Part shown: positions 30,259 through 40,449 of the stretch, one piece after another
How the letters are laid out: the number at the start of each line of letters is the position of its first letter
Numbering within the stretch: the stretch's first letter is position 1
Assembly: GCA_965208835.1 (NCBI GenBank)
Contig: OZ242358.1
Location: 2,016,001 to 2,080,000, forward strand
Direction: 5' to 3'
DNA from: Candidatus Latescibacterota bacterium
GTDB taxonomy: Bacteria > Latescibacterota > UBA2968 > GCA-2709665
DNA length: 64,000 nucleotides
Made by a program: the position numbers and the translations under genes
Notes under the pieces: model-generated
Told to the model about the DNA's origin: nothing
Databases searched by the model: none
What the model saw: only the letters and a program-made list of their open reading frames with translations

Positions 30259-31034
30259 TGGGAAACATCGCCGCGGTATTCTGGAAGGAAATGCGTTCCT
30301 ATTTCGGCTCGCCGATCGCCTATGTGGTTGCGACGGGGTTCCTGGTGATGATGGGATATCTCTTCCAGAACGAGGTCGTGGAGTTTCGCGCGAAGTGCCT
30401 GAATTATACGTTTCAGCATCAGGAGCATGGCGTCGATCCGCCGAACGTGAACGAGGACGTCGTTTTCCATTTTTTCCTCAGCCAGTGTCTCGTCTGGCTG
30501 GTGGTGACGCCAATGCTGACGATGAGACTGTTCGCGGAGGAGAAGGGGTCCGGGACGATCGAACTTCTGATGACGTCTCCTCTGACCACGTGGCAGATCA
30601 TACTCGGCAAATTCGCTTCCTGTCTCGGCCTGTATGTCATTATCGAACTGTTGCTTCTCTCATTGATCGTTGTCGTGTCGTTCTACGGTGATTTGAACTG
30701 GGCGCGGGTACTCTCCGCATGCGCCGCGATCATGCTGCTGGGAGGATCGTTCATCAGCGTGGGCATTCTGGCCTCCTCGCTCACCGACAAGCAGATCGTC
30801 GCGGTGGTCATCGCGTTTGTCCTCCTCCTTCTGCTCTTTGTCGTGCGGTATTCGCCCGAACTCATCGGGCGCGAATGGGCAACCGTTCTGTTCTATCTTT
30901 CGCTGATCGATCACACGAGGGATATGGCGCGCGGCGTGGTCGACAGCAGCGATGTGATCTTCTTTCTGACTTTTACATTCTTCTTTCTCTTCTTAACGCA
31001 CGCCGCGCTTGAATCGCGCCGCTGGAGGCGATAG
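30258..31034 (+). CDS. ABC-2 permease, GldF-like
   Basis: KEMRSYFGSPIAY and PMLTMRLFAEEKGSGTIELLMTSP..IILGKF motifs. Confidence 0.88.
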   Translation: MGNIAAVFWKEMRSYFGSPIAYVVATGFLVMMGYLFQNEVVEFRAKCLNYTFQHQEHGVDPPNVNEDVVFHFFLSQCLVWLVVTPMLTMRLFAEEKGSGTIELLMTSPLTTWQIILGKFASCLGLYVIIELLLLSLIVVVSFYGDLNWARVLSACAAIMLLGGSFISVGILASSLTDKQIVAVVIAFVLLLLLFVVRYSPELIGREWATVLFYLSLIDHTRDMARGVVDSSDVIFFLTFTFFFLFLTHAALESRRWRR

Positions 31035-31037
31035 AGG

Positions 31038-32402
31038 ATGATGGGAATCTTCCGTTCACGTCTGTTCAAATTCGGTTCGAGTACCATGGTTGCCGTTCTC
31101 GCGCTGCTTGCGATTGTGGTTGCGATCAACTATCTGGCCACGCGCTATCACCAACGGATCGACGTGACCGAGGGCAGTATGCACAGCCTTTCCGATCAGA
31201 CCGCGACACTGCTGGATTCGTTGACGACGGACGTGCACGTCCTGGCCTTTTTCCACGATACCGACCCGGAAACGGCCGGATTCGTGGAGAGACTTGAAGC
31301 TTACGCATACCACTCCGGCAGGTTCACGTTTAAAATGGTTGACCCGGCGGTACATCCCGGTGAAGCCAGGCGATACGGCGTGGGCAAACCACGCATCTCG
31401 GTCGTGATGTCGGCCGAACGTGAAGAACGGATTTCGGGAACCGAGGAGAATCACCTGACGAATGCGGTGGCCAAGGTCGTCCGGAAACGCGACAAAACCG
31501 TCTACTTTTCAACGGGACATGGAGAACGGACGCTGACGGCGCCTGAAGGGGATTTCATCCGCGTCGGGCAGGCATTGAAGGAAGCGGGGTACGGGGTTCG
31601 GGACACCCTCGTCCTGGATGCGGGGAAGGGCGTGCCTGCGGATTGCGATCTGCTGATCGTGGCCGGACCGACGGTTGCATTCTCCCGGACCGAGGCGGAT
31701 TCGATCCGCAACTATCTCGCCGGAGGCGGTTCCGGGTTGTTTATGTTCGACCCGGGCGGCGAAACCGGTCTCGAGTCGTTGCTCGCGGGATGGGGTATCC
31801 AGGTCAACAATGACTACGTCCTGGGATGGGGACCGGGCGACCCCTCGATGCCGGGCTCGGTCTGGTATGCGAGGCATCCGGTTACGGAGAAACACCGAAA
31901 ACGCAATCTGCGGACCTTCTACAGGCTTGCGCGATCCGTCGCCTTGTTGGAAGGCACCGCCGGTATGCAGACTCACGAATTGGTGACGACGCATCCGCGC
32001 AACAGCTGGCGGGAAGAGAAGCTGCCCGACGCCTCGCCGGTCTACGATTCCGGGAAGGATCTGCAGGGCCCGGCATCCGTCGCGGTCGCCACGCTCCACA
32101 GACCGAAATTTCGCCGTTTTCCATCCGGCGTGGGATTGCGCCACACCCGGATCGTCGTCTTTGGAGACTCTGATTTCGCGGGCAACGAGTTCTTTGACAC
32201 GGTAGGCAACGGCGACCTGTTCATGAACGCGGTGAGTTGGCTCATGGAGGAGGGAGATCTGATCTCCATCCGTCCCAAGATGTGGGCGTTCAGGGGCGTG
32301 GTCATGACGGCAGAAGACCTCTTGTGGCTTTCGTGGCTTTCCGTCGTCATCATTCCGGCCATACCCGTCGTTGTCGGCATCGGGGTCTGGCGCAGGCGCT
32401 GA
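31038..32402 (+). CDS. GldG-like ABC auxiliary protein
   Basis: RIDVTE..HSLS, YFSTGHGE, LLIVAGP and GDSDF...NGDLFMNAVSWL motifs; TM segments at both ends. Confidence 0.88.
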   Translation: MMGIFRSRLFKFGSSTMVAVLALLAIVVAINYLATRYHQRIDVTEGSMHSLSDQTATLLDSLTTDVHVLAFFHDTDPETAGFVERLEAYAYHSGRFTFKMVDPAVHPGEARRYGVGKPRISVVMSAEREERISGTEENHLTNAVAKVVRKRDKTVYFSTGHGERTLTAPEGDFIRVGQALKEAGYGVRDTLVLDAGKGVPADCDLLIVAGPTVAFSRTEADSIRNYLAGGGSGLFMFDPGGETGLESLLAGWGIQVNNDYVLGWGPGDPSMPGSVWYARHPVTEKHRKRNLRTFYRLARSVALLEGTAGMQTHELVTTHPRNSWREEKLPDASPVYDSGKDLQGPASVAVATLHRPKFRRFPSGVGLRHTRIVVFGDSDFAGNEFFDTVGNGDLFMNAVSWLMEEGDLISIRPKMWAFRGVVMTAEDLLWLSWLSVVIIPAIPVVVGIGVWRRR

Positions 32403-32439
32403 CGCATCGCTGCATGGGGAAATCCGACGGGAATCTTGT

Positions 32440-33858
32440 ATGAATTTAAGGACGACAGGTGGTCTTGTGCTGCTTCTGGCGGTCCTGGTCGGTTTTGTCT
32501 ACTTTTACGAAATCCGGGGCGCCGACGAACGTTACAGGGCCCGCGTCGAGGCGGGGCGTCTCCTTCATCTGGAAGAAAACGCGGTTAGCGGGCTGACGGT
32601 CCACCGGGGCGATACAACCATCGTCATGCGGAAGTCGGGAGACACGTGGCGAATTCTGCAACCTGTTGCCACCGGCGGCGACGACGGCGAAATCGTCGGA
32701 TTGATCCGGACGTTGGGGGCCATGGACCTGGAGCGCGTTGTGGCGGACAGCGTCCGTATCGCGCAGGGCCAGGCCCGTCTCTCGGATTTCGGCCTCGAGA
32801 GGCCGAATCTGGCGCTGGAAATAGCGCGGGAGGACCGCGTGGACTCACTCTTCTGGGGCAATCGAAGTCCGACTGGACGGTATGGCTATGTCAGGTGGTC
32901 CGGTCATCCGGGAATACTCGCGGTGGGCGCCCCTTTCAGATTGAGAGTGGAGAAAGGGCTGTTTCAGCTGCGTGACAAGCGGGTCGCGGAATTCAATCCG
33001 GATACCGTTCGGAAAGTCGAAATTGCCACAGGCGATACCCGGGTCGTCGTGGAGAAGCTTACTGAAGCCTGGCGCCTGACGTTTCCCGTCAACGACCGCA
33101 CCGACGAGGACGAGGTCCTAAAGCTGATCAACCGACTGCGGACGGCCGAATTCACGCGTGTTGTCGCGGAGGCGTCCCGGGAGCGGGTGCAATACGGGTT
33201 GGAGAATCCAACACTGACGGTAACGATTTTTGAAGGAGACCCGGAGCGGACAAAGACCATAATGATCGGACGCAGGAAGGACGGAAGCCGGTTTCCGCCG
33301 TTTTTTGCGGCGGTTTCGGCCAGTCCCATGGTTTTTCTGGTCGATTCGACCTTCGTCGTGGATATCAGGAAAACGGCATCGGACCTGAGGTTCAAGCGTA
33401 TATTTGCGTTCGATGCCTCGGGCGTCGACCGGATGAAGCTGGCGTACCGGGACCGTGTCGTGGAGTGCGTCAGGGATAGGGCCGGCGATACCTGGCAGGT
33501 GCTGCAACCGAAGCTGCACATTGTCCTGGAACATCGTATACGACATTTCTTTCGTACCATCGAACTGCTTGAAGCCGATGATTTCGTGGCCGAAGATCTG
33601 AAGTCGCCGGAGGCATTCGGATTCGATCGTCCGGCACTAGAGGTCACCGCCTGGCGGGGCGGCGCCGTTGCACAGAGACTGACTATAGGTGAAAGGGACG
33701 GCAAGGTGTACGCGCGGGGCCAACACCGCCCCCAGGTCGCCCGAATCGACCACAAGGTCCTGACGAAACTGAATCTTGAACTCGTGTCCGTAAGGCCCGA
33801 GGTTGCCCGCCCCGATACTATTGAATCACCGCGTGGCGGGGCAGTGAGGATGCGATGA
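32440..33858 (+). CDS. DUF4340-like protein (three repeats)
   Basis: N-terminal anchor; repeated FGLERP/YGLENP/FGFDRP units and LRDKR; follows gldG-like gene. Confidence 0.8.
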   Translation: MNLRTTGGLVLLLAVLVGFVYFYEIRGADERYRARVEAGRLLHLEENAVSGLTVHRGDTTIVMRKSGDTWRILQPVATGGDDGEIVGLIRTLGAMDLERVVADSVRIAQGQARLSDFGLERPNLALEIAREDRVDSLFWGNRSPTGRYGYVRWSGHPGILAVGAPFRLRVEKGLFQLRDKRVAEFNPDTVRKVEIATGDTRVVVEKLTEAWRLTFPVNDRTDEDEVLKLINRLRTAEFTRVVAEASRERVQYGLENPTLTVTIFEGDPERTKTIMIGRRKDGSRFPPFFAAVSASPMVFLVDSTFVVDIRKTASDLRFKRIFAFDASGVDRMKLAYRDRVVECVRDRAGDTWQVLQPKLHIVLEHRIRHFFRTIELLEADDFVAEDLKSPEAFGFDRPALEVTAWRGGAVAQRLTIGERDGKVYARGQHRPQVARIDHKVLTKLNLELVSVRPEVARPDTIESPRGGAVRMR

Positions 33859-33874
33859 AGGTGACCGACGGAAC

Positions 33875-34831
33875 ATGGCCCGTATTTTGATATCGCTGTG
33901 TATCGGCGCCTGCGGCGTGGTGGTCTCCTGCGTCCACGCCGGCGCCGGTGTTTCGTTCGATGCGACGGTAAGCCGGGATTCCCTTACGTTGGGCGATCCC
34001 GTTCTCCTGGAGTTGCGGATCAGGCGTGAACCGGGAGATGCCGTCGCGCTCGTGCAGAACGAGGATTTCCTCGAGCCGTTCGAGGTGCGTCGCCAGGTGC
34101 CGTCAATCGTTCGGGAGGCGCCGGGCGGTGGCGTGGAGGAGATACTGGCCTTCGAAATCGCGGTGTACCGTCTGGGTGTGATCGAAGTGCCCTCTCTGGT
34201 GCTTCAGGTGCGGACGGCCGCGGGTGACTCCGGGCTGGTCGCATCCGAGCCGATACCGGTTATGGTACGCAGCGTCATGCCCGCGGGAATGAAGGATATA
34301 AGGGACGTAAAGCCTCCGGTCGACATCGAGGCCAGAATACCGGAATGGTTCTGGCTCGCTGTTGCCGTTCTGGCTGGCCTCGTGGCCGCGGCAATCTGGT
34401 TTTGGTACCGGCGAAGGCGGAAGCCGGTGATCGATCCGCCACCGCCGCCGGTGCACTGGCCCGGGGAAGTCGAGAAGATTCTGCGGATGCAACTCCTGCA
34501 AAACGGCGAGTACAAACGCTTTTACAGCCTGCTTTCCGAGGTGATGCGCCGTTACCTGGAAGATCGCGTCCGGGTGGACGCAATGGAGCGTACCACACAC
34601 GAACTGGTGCAAGACCTCGAGCGGATACCGCTCGGGCATGCGGAAGTATCGGCGCTGGACGTGCTGTTGTCGGAGGCGGATCTGGTGAAGTTCGCGAAGC
34701 TCCGTCCCCACGATGAGGTTGCCGCGAAGGCCGCGGAAAAGGTTCTGGATCTCATGCGCCGGCTCGACGCGCAGCCTCGGCCGGGTGGGGACGGGACAGT
34801 GAATGTCTCGCCGGCGGAAGTGACGGCATGA
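33875..34831 (+). CDS. Bat-operon membrane protein (BatD-like N-domain, DUF4381-like)
   Basis: Signal peptide, IRDVKPP + TM + PPPPP, MERTTHEL and EADLVKFAK motifs. Confidence 0.75.
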   Translation: MARILISLCIGACGVVVSCVHAGAGVSFDATVSRDSLTLGDPVLLELRIRREPGDAVALVQNEDFLEPFEVRRQVPSIVREAPGGGVEEILAFEIAVYRLGVIEVPSLVLQVRTAAGDSGLVASEPIPVMVRSVMPAGMKDIRDVKPPVDIEARIPEWFWLAVAVLAGLVAAAIWFWYRRRRKPVIDPPPPPVHWPGEVEKILRMQLLQNGEYKRFYSLLSEVMRRYLEDRVRVDAMERTTHELVQDLERIPLGHAEVSALDVLLSEADLVKFAKLRPHDEVAAKAAEKVLDLMRRLDAQPRPGGDGTVNVSPAEVTA

Positions 34832-35814
34832 TTGAATTCAAGGACCCGGAGTGGCTCTTCGCCCTGGTTCTGGTGCCGTTTCTGATCTATCGATACGTAC
34901 GCCACCAGAGGCAGAAGCAGGGCAGCATTCGTTTTCCAGACCTGGGTCTGATCGGCCGGATTCCGCCGTCGGTCGTACTCAGGCTGCGCCACGGCCTGAT
35001 TGCGTTGCGATGTCTGGCGTTGATCCTCCTGATAATCGCGCTTGCGCGTCCGCGGTCCGGACGGGAAGGGAGAGAAATCCTGACCCGCGGAATCGATATC
35101 GTACTCGCCCTTGACGTGTCCGGCAGCATGGCTTACAAGGATTTGGACCGTCAGCGGAAGACAAGGTTGCAGGTCAGCAAGGAGGTCGTGAGCCAGTTCG
35201 TGCGCGGGCGGGTCAACGACCGGCTCGGGCTCGTCGTGTTTGCAGGTGAGAGCTATACACAGTGCCCGTTGACCCTCGACTACGGGATATTTCTCAGCTT
35301 TTTGAAGGAAGTCCGGCTCGCGGACGATTCCTGGGACGGCACCGCCATCGGAACCGGCATTGTCACGGCGGTAAACCGCCTGCGACGGTCGGAAGCGAGC
35401 AGCCGCGTGGTTATCCTGTTGACGGACGGCGTGAATAACAGGGGAGAGGTGGACCCCGTTACGGCTGCCCGGGCGGCACAGGCCGTGGGCATACGGATCT
35501 ACACGATCGGTGCGGGAAGCAGCGGCGTGATCGTGACCGGCCAGGGCCTGCTCCAGCAGCGGGTCCGGGTCGAAATCGACGAAGAGACCCTGAAGGAAGT
35601 TGCCGAAATCACCGGTGGGCGTTATTTCCGCGCGACCAGCGAGAAGAAACTCGAGGAAATCTACCGTGCGATCGGCGAGATGGAAATGACGGAGATAAAA
35701 ACACGCGACTACGTGGACTACTCCGAATTGTTCACCCTTTTCCTCTGGCCGGGTCTTGTCTTGCTGGGCGTCGAACTGATGCTGGCGAACACGAGGTTCC
35801 GGAGGATTCCATAG
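34828..35814 (+). CDS. batA: BatA VWA-domain protein
   Basis: F..PEWL, ALARP, MIDAS DVSGSM, GTAIG and LLTDGVNN motifs. Confidence 0.88.
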   Translation: MIEFKDPEWLFALVLVPFLIYRYVRHQRQKQGSIRFPDLGLIGRIPPSVVLRLRHGLIALRCLALILLIIALARPRSGREGREILTRGIDIVLALDVSGSMAYKDLDRQRKTRLQVSKEVVSQFVRGRVNDRLGLVVFAGESYTQCPLTLDYGIFLSFLKEVRLADDSWDGTAIGTGIVTAVNRLRRSEASSRVVILLTDGVNNRGEVDPVTAARAAQAVGIRIYTIGAGSSGVIVTGQGLLQQRVRVEIDEETLKEVAEITGGRYFRATSEKKLEEIYRAIGEMEMTEIKTRDYVDYSELFTLFLWPGLVLLGVELMLANTRFRRIP

Positions 35815-35815
35815 G

Positions 35816-36838
35816 ATGCGTTTCGGCGACGTTCAGGCACTCTGGTTCCTCTTGATCGTGCCGGCGGCAACGCTGTTCTTTGCGGTCGCGTTTCGAAAAA
35901 AACGGCGGGCGCTCACGCGTTTTGGAAGTCCGGAACTCATGCGGAAGCTGACGGCGGCCACGAGCTGGAAGCGGCAGTGGGTGAAGGCCGCGTTGACGGT
36001 CTGCGGACTCGTCTTTCTGGTTCTGGCGCTGGCGCAGCCCAGGTACGGAATGCGGCTTGAACTGCTGCACCGGAGGGGCGTGGATGTTATTGTCGCGCTG
36101 GATACGTCTCTGAGCATGCTGGCGGAAGATATCCGGCCCAATCGACTGACGCGTGCACGCTTCGAGATCGAGTCCTTTATCGACCGGCTGGAAGGCGACA
36201 GGATCGGTCTGGTCGCGTTTGCGGGACGCAGCTTCACGCTCTGCCCCCTGACCCTGGACTACAGCGCCGCCAAGCTGTTTCTGGACTCGATCGACACGGA
36301 TGTCATTCCCGTGAAGGGCACGGCCATAGCCGAAGCCATTCGCGCGTCGACGCGGGCATTCGGCAGCGAGGAACGGAAATATAAGGTCATGGTGCTCATA
36401 ACGGATGGCGAGGACCACGCCGGCGATCCTGTAGAAGCCGCGAAGGAGGCGGCGGAAGCCGGTGTGCGGATCTTCGCGGTGGGGGTGGGGACGCCCGGGG
36501 GAGAGTTGATCCCGGTAAGACAGAACGGACGGACGGATTTCCTGAAGGACGGTCGGGGAAACTACGTCAAGTCACGCCTTGACGAGGCGAGTCTGCAACA
36601 GGTGGCAGGCGTGTCCGACGGGGTCTATTTCCGGTCTCAGGCGGGAGGCGTGGGCATGGACAGGGTGTACGACGAAATCTCACAGATGGAGAAGAAGGAG
36701 CTGGGATCGCGGAAATACACGCAGTATAAGCACCGGTTCCAGTGGCCGCTGGCCGTCGCCGTGGCCTGTTTTGCCGGCGAGGCAATGTTGTCGGATCGGA
36801 GAAGGGTGCGAACGCGTTGGCGTGGGCGGTTTCAGTAA
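35816..36838 (+). CDS. batB: BatB VWA-domain protein
   Basis: ALAQP, DTSLSMLAEDIRPNRL, ITDGEDH and HRFQWPL motifs. Confidence 0.88.
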   Translation: MRFGDVQALWFLLIVPAATLFFAVAFRKKRRALTRFGSPELMRKLTAATSWKRQWVKAALTVCGLVFLVLALAQPRYGMRLELLHRRGVDVIVALDTSLSMLAEDIRPNRLTRARFEIESFIDRLEGDRIGLVAFAGRSFTLCPLTLDYSAAKLFLDSIDTDVIPVKGTAIAEAIRASTRAFGSEERKYKVMVLITDGEDHAGDPVEAAKEAAEAGVRIFAVGVGTPGGELIPVRQNGRTDFLKDGRGNYVKSRLDEASLQQVAGVSDGVYFRSQAGGVGMDRVYDEISQMEKKELGSRKYTQYKHRFQWPLAVAVACFAGEAMLSDRRRVRTRWRGRFQ

Positions 36839-36864
36839 AACCGGATTCACCAGGAGTGTGCTTC

Positions 36865-37683
36865 GTGTATCGATATCTGATGGGCCTTGTCGTTGTACCG
36901 CTTCTCGGCTTCACGTTTCTGGATCCGGCGGCGGACAAGAACAGGCGGGGCAACCTTATGTTTCACGAAGGCAAGTTCGAGGAAGCGCTCGAGTATTACC
37001 GTGAGGCCCAGGTGGAGAATCCGGAAGCGCCGGAGCTCAGGTTCAATGCCGGCGACGCCTATTTCAAGACAAACGCCTTTCAGGACGCCCTTCAGGAGTT
37101 TGGTCAGGCATTGAAGAGCCAGGACCCCTCGTTTCTCGCGAGGGCGTATTACAATCTGGGCAATGTCCACGTCCGCCAGCAGAACCTGCAGCAGGCGGCC
37201 GAAGCCTACAGGCGGTCGCTGTCGTTACGGCCGGACGACCTGGACGCAAAGGTGAATCTGGAATGGGTTCTGGAAAAAATGCGGGAGCAGGAGAAGAATC
37301 AGAAGCGTGAGCAGGAGCAAGGGGAAAACCGAAAGGACGATCGTGATCAGAATGAAAACAGCAACGAGCCGGACGAAAAGGAACCGGATGACGGTGGGAA
37401 CAAGGAACAGTCCGAGGATCAGCCGGACACCGACGCCGACGGCGATCGTGATCGGAATCAGGAACCCAGGAATGATTCGGAGCAGGAACAGCGCGGTCAG
37501 CCGGAAGACCCCGCCCGGCAGCAGCAGAATCAGCAATCAACGCAGTCCGAATCACCGTCAGGGGCATTGAGTCGGGAAGAGGCTGAGCGCCTGCTGGACG
37601 CGATGAAGGACAGGGAAACGAAGTCCCAGAAACACCGCCGTTTGCGCGTTTTCGGCAAACGATACGAGGGTAACGAGTGGTAG
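36865..37683 (+). CDS. batC: BatC TPR protein with acidic/Gln-rich linker
   Basis: AYYNLGN, DAKVNLE, a long D/E/Q/N stretch, EEAERLLDAM and terminal W; GTG 36865 follows AGGAG. Confidence 0.8.
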   Translation: MYRYLMGLVVVPLLGFTFLDPAADKNRRGNLMFHEGKFEEALEYYREAQVENPEAPELRFNAGDAYFKTNAFQDALQEFGQALKSQDPSFLARAYYNLGNVHVRQQNLQQAAEAYRRSLSLRPDDLDAKVNLEWVLEKMREQEKNQKREQEQGENRKDDRDQNENSNEPDEKEPDDGGNKEQSEDQPDTDADGDRDRNQEPRNDSEQEQRGQPEDPARQQQNQQSTQSESPSGALSREEAERLLDAMKDRETKSQKHRRLRVFGKRYEGNEW

Positions 37684-37685
37684 GT

Positions 37686-39509
37686 ATGTTACGCCCGCCC
37701 GTCTGTGTTCATTTGTTCGTTCTGTTGGCTGCGTGCGGCGTTGCGCTGGCCGAAACGCCGCGTCTCCGGGTCTCTGTAGACCGTACGCGCGTGGAGGTGG
37801 GCGAACAGGTCACGCTGACGGTAACGTTAACGGCCGGCGGAGACGTCGTTGCGCCGGAACTGCCGGTTCCGGAGGCGTTCGACGTAATCGGGCGTTCGAC
37901 ATATTCAACCCAGGAACTCAACATTACGAACGGTCGGGTCGTAACCACGCGAAACAACTCGTACGTGTATTCCCTGAGGGCGAGGCGCGAGGGCAGTTTC
38001 GTGATCGGCCCGGCGCACGTGATGCATGAGGGTAGGCGTCACGAATCGTCGAAGGTTCGGGTGAATGTCCTGAAGCGCGGCGGGGCGCCGAGCACGCGCC
38101 CGGTGCCGGCGCCGGGACAGAACTCCGGCGATTCGGATGTGGATGAATTGAAGGATGACCTGTTCGTTGCAACCACGGTAGACAAGAAAAAGGTTTACGT
38201 GGGAGAGCAGGTGACCGTTACGTATAAGCTCTACACACGCCGGACACTCCGCAATATCAGCTACGGCCGCCTGCCCGCCTATACCGGTTTCTGGTCGGAA
38301 ACCCTGTTTGACGCGCAGCGCGCCAGTTTTGACCGCGAGGTCCATAACGGCCGCGAGTTCGACGTGATGCTGTTGAAGACGATGGCGTTGTTTCCCACTG
38401 CGTCCGGAGTACAGTCGCTTGACGCGCTCGAAGTGGTCTGCCAGATTCAGGAGCGCACGCGCCGCAGAAACCTGTTCGATATGGATGACTTTTTCAGATT
38501 CGGCGCCAGCCGGGAAGTGCGCGCGCGATCGGAAGCCGTGAAGATCGAAGTCTCCCCTCTGCCCGCGGGTGCTCCCTCCGCGTTCAGCGGTGCGGTGGGC
38601 CGGTTCGACATATCGGTCGAGGCGTCGCCAGTGTCAGTCCAGGCAGGAGATCCGATCGCGGTGAAGGTCAAGGTACACGGGAACGGGAATCTCAATGCCG
38701 TAGGCGAACCCGTTCGTCCGCACCGGGACGCGTTCAAGTTCTACGACCCGAATTCAAGGGTAAGCACGGGGGACTCGGACGGACGAATCGGCGGGGAAAA
38801 GACCTTCGAATATGTCGCGATTCCCAACCGGGCCGGCAGCTGGAAGATCGGTCCGTTCACGCTGGCTTATTTCGACCCCGGGGAAAGGCGATATCGCACA
38901 ACGCGCTCGAAGGCGGTTACGGTAAACGTGGAGCGTGGTAAGCAGCTGGCAGCTTCCGGGGCCGTGATGAGCCGGAAAGAGATCGAAATGCTCGGCCGGG
39001 ATATTCGTCACTTGAAGCCGGATCTCGGACATCTGGACGATCACGGAAGGCCGTACATCACGACCACCTGGTTCTGGAGCATTCAGTTCGTGCCCGTACT
39101 CGGTTTTTTCGGCATTCTCACATATAAGTGCCACCGGGACCGGCTCATGGGAGACGTGGCGTATGCCCGAAGACGGCGTTCGGGTTCTGAGGCTAGGAAA
39201 CGCCTGACGCAGGCCCGAAAACGGCTCCGCGAAAAGGACGGAGTGGCGTTCCACGTTGAAATCGACCGGGCGCTTGCCCAGTTTCTGGCCGATCGATTGA
39301 ACCTGCCGGTCGCTGCTATCACCCGGGAGTCGGCCGCGCGGGCGCTTCGAGAGAAGGAGGTGCCTGACCCGATCGTCTTGGAAGTGCAGGATGTCTTCCT
39401 GCGTTGCGACTTCGCACGCTTTGCCTCGGCCAGGATACCGGAGAGCGAACGGGAGGAAGTCTATAACGCCGCGGCGGCCCTGATCGACGCGCTGGGAGCC
39501 AGGATATGA
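37686..39509 (+). CDS. batD: BatD family protein
   Basis: VDRTRVEVGE, KVYVGEQ, FSGAVGRF and GNGNL motifs. Confidence 0.88.
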   Translation: MLRPPVCVHLFVLLAACGVALAETPRLRVSVDRTRVEVGEQVTLTVTLTAGGDVVAPELPVPEAFDVIGRSTYSTQELNITNGRVVTTRNNSYVYSLRARREGSFVIGPAHVMHEGRRHESSKVRVNVLKRGGAPSTRPVPAPGQNSGDSDVDELKDDLFVATTVDKKKVYVGEQVTVTYKLYTRRTLRNISYGRLPAYTGFWSETLFDAQRASFDREVHNGREFDVMLLKTMALFPTASGVQSLDALEVVCQIQERTRRRNLFDMDDFFRFGASREVRARSEAVKIEVSPLPAGAPSAFSGAVGRFDISVEASPVSVQAGDPIAVKVKVHGNGNLNAVGEPVRPHRDAFKFYDPNSRVSTGDSDGRIGGEKTFEYVAIPNRAGSWKIGPFTLAYFDPGERRYRTTRSKAVTVNVERGKQLAASGAVMSRKEIEMLGRDIRHLKPDLGHLDDHGRPYITTTWFWSIQFVPVLGFFGILTYKCHRDRLMGDVAYARRRRSGSEARKRLTQARKRLREKDGVAFHVEIDRALAQFLADRLNLPVAAITRESAARALREKEVPDPIVLEVQDVFLRCDFARFASARIPESEREEVYNAAAALIDALGARI

Positions 39510-40333
39510 CGGGAAGGCGCGCACCGGTCGGCTGTTTTCGGCGGGTCTGCGGGGCTCTGGGCTCGGCCATCCCTTCGGCGGACAAGGTCTCGATGACGGC
39601 ACTGATATTCGTTGTCTTTGCTGGCGGTGCGTACGGTGCGGGGACCGGAGCGAGCACTTATAATGAAGCGAACGCCCTGTACAGGCAGGGCGAATTCAGG
39701 AAGGCGGCGGGCCGGTACGAGGAGGTCGTGTCCCGGGGCGTGCGAAACGGCAACGTTTTTTTCAATCTTGGCAATGCCTATTTCAAGGCCGGAGAAACAG
39801 GTCGGGCCATTCTTGCATACGAGCGTGCTCTCAGGTTGATGCCGGACGATGAGGATGTTCTCGCGAATCTTCGGTTCGTGAACGCCGTCAAGGAAGACAA
39901 GAGTCCGGATGATGACCTCAATCTTGCAACCCGCATTCTGTCGTCCGGGTACCGGCTGCTCAGCGCTGATGTGCTGGCCGTGTCAGGAAGCGTCTGTTTG
40001 TTTTTGCTGGCGGCCGCCGCCGTGATCCGGCTTCTGTCGGCTTCCCGCCGTTCGTTGTGGGTCGGGTTGCTGGTGCTCGCGGGTGTGGGGTTCTGCGGTT
40101 CGGGCGCGCTCCTGACTTACAGGGTTTATACCGAATCCTCCGTTTCGGAAGCGATCGTCATTGCCGACGAGGTAAGGGGACGCAGTGGGCCGGGGGACGA
40201 TTATCTGCTCGTATTTACGATTCATGAAGGCACGAAGGTAACGATCGAACGGATGGAAGACCGCTGGTACCTTGTAAGGTTGCCAAACGGCATTGGCGGC
40301 TGGCTTCCCGGGACTGCGATGGAGATAATCTGA
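39506..40333 (+). CDS. batE: BatE TPR + SH3 protein
   Basis: FNLGNAYFK...[16 protein letters not shown] and IHEGTKV..W..VRLPNG..GW motifs. Confidence 0.85.
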   Translation: MTGRRAPVGCFRRVCGALGSAIPSADKVSMTALIFVVFAGGAYGAGTGASTYNEANALYRQGEFRKAAGRYEEVVSRGVRNGNVFFNLGNAYFKAGETGRAILAYERALRLMPDDEDVLANLRFVNAVKEDKSPDDDLNLATRILSSGYRLLSADVLAVSGSVCLFLLAAAAVIRLLSASRRSLWVGLLVLAGVGFCGSGALLTYRVYTESSVSEAIVIADEVRGRSGPGDDYLLVFTIHEGTKVTIERMEDRWYLVRLPNGIGGWLPGTAMEII

Positions 40334-40449
40334 AACGTGAAATACGGGCACTCATACGCGTGCGATGCGCGGGATTCCGGTCGTCACGAAGACGGAAGAC
40401 CGGTTTCCCAAGGTGTGTCGACCGATCAATTGATCAGGGAGTCGGCGTG

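Noticed and set aside
37280-37560. Low-complexity acidic stretch
   Set aside because: The expected BatC linker.
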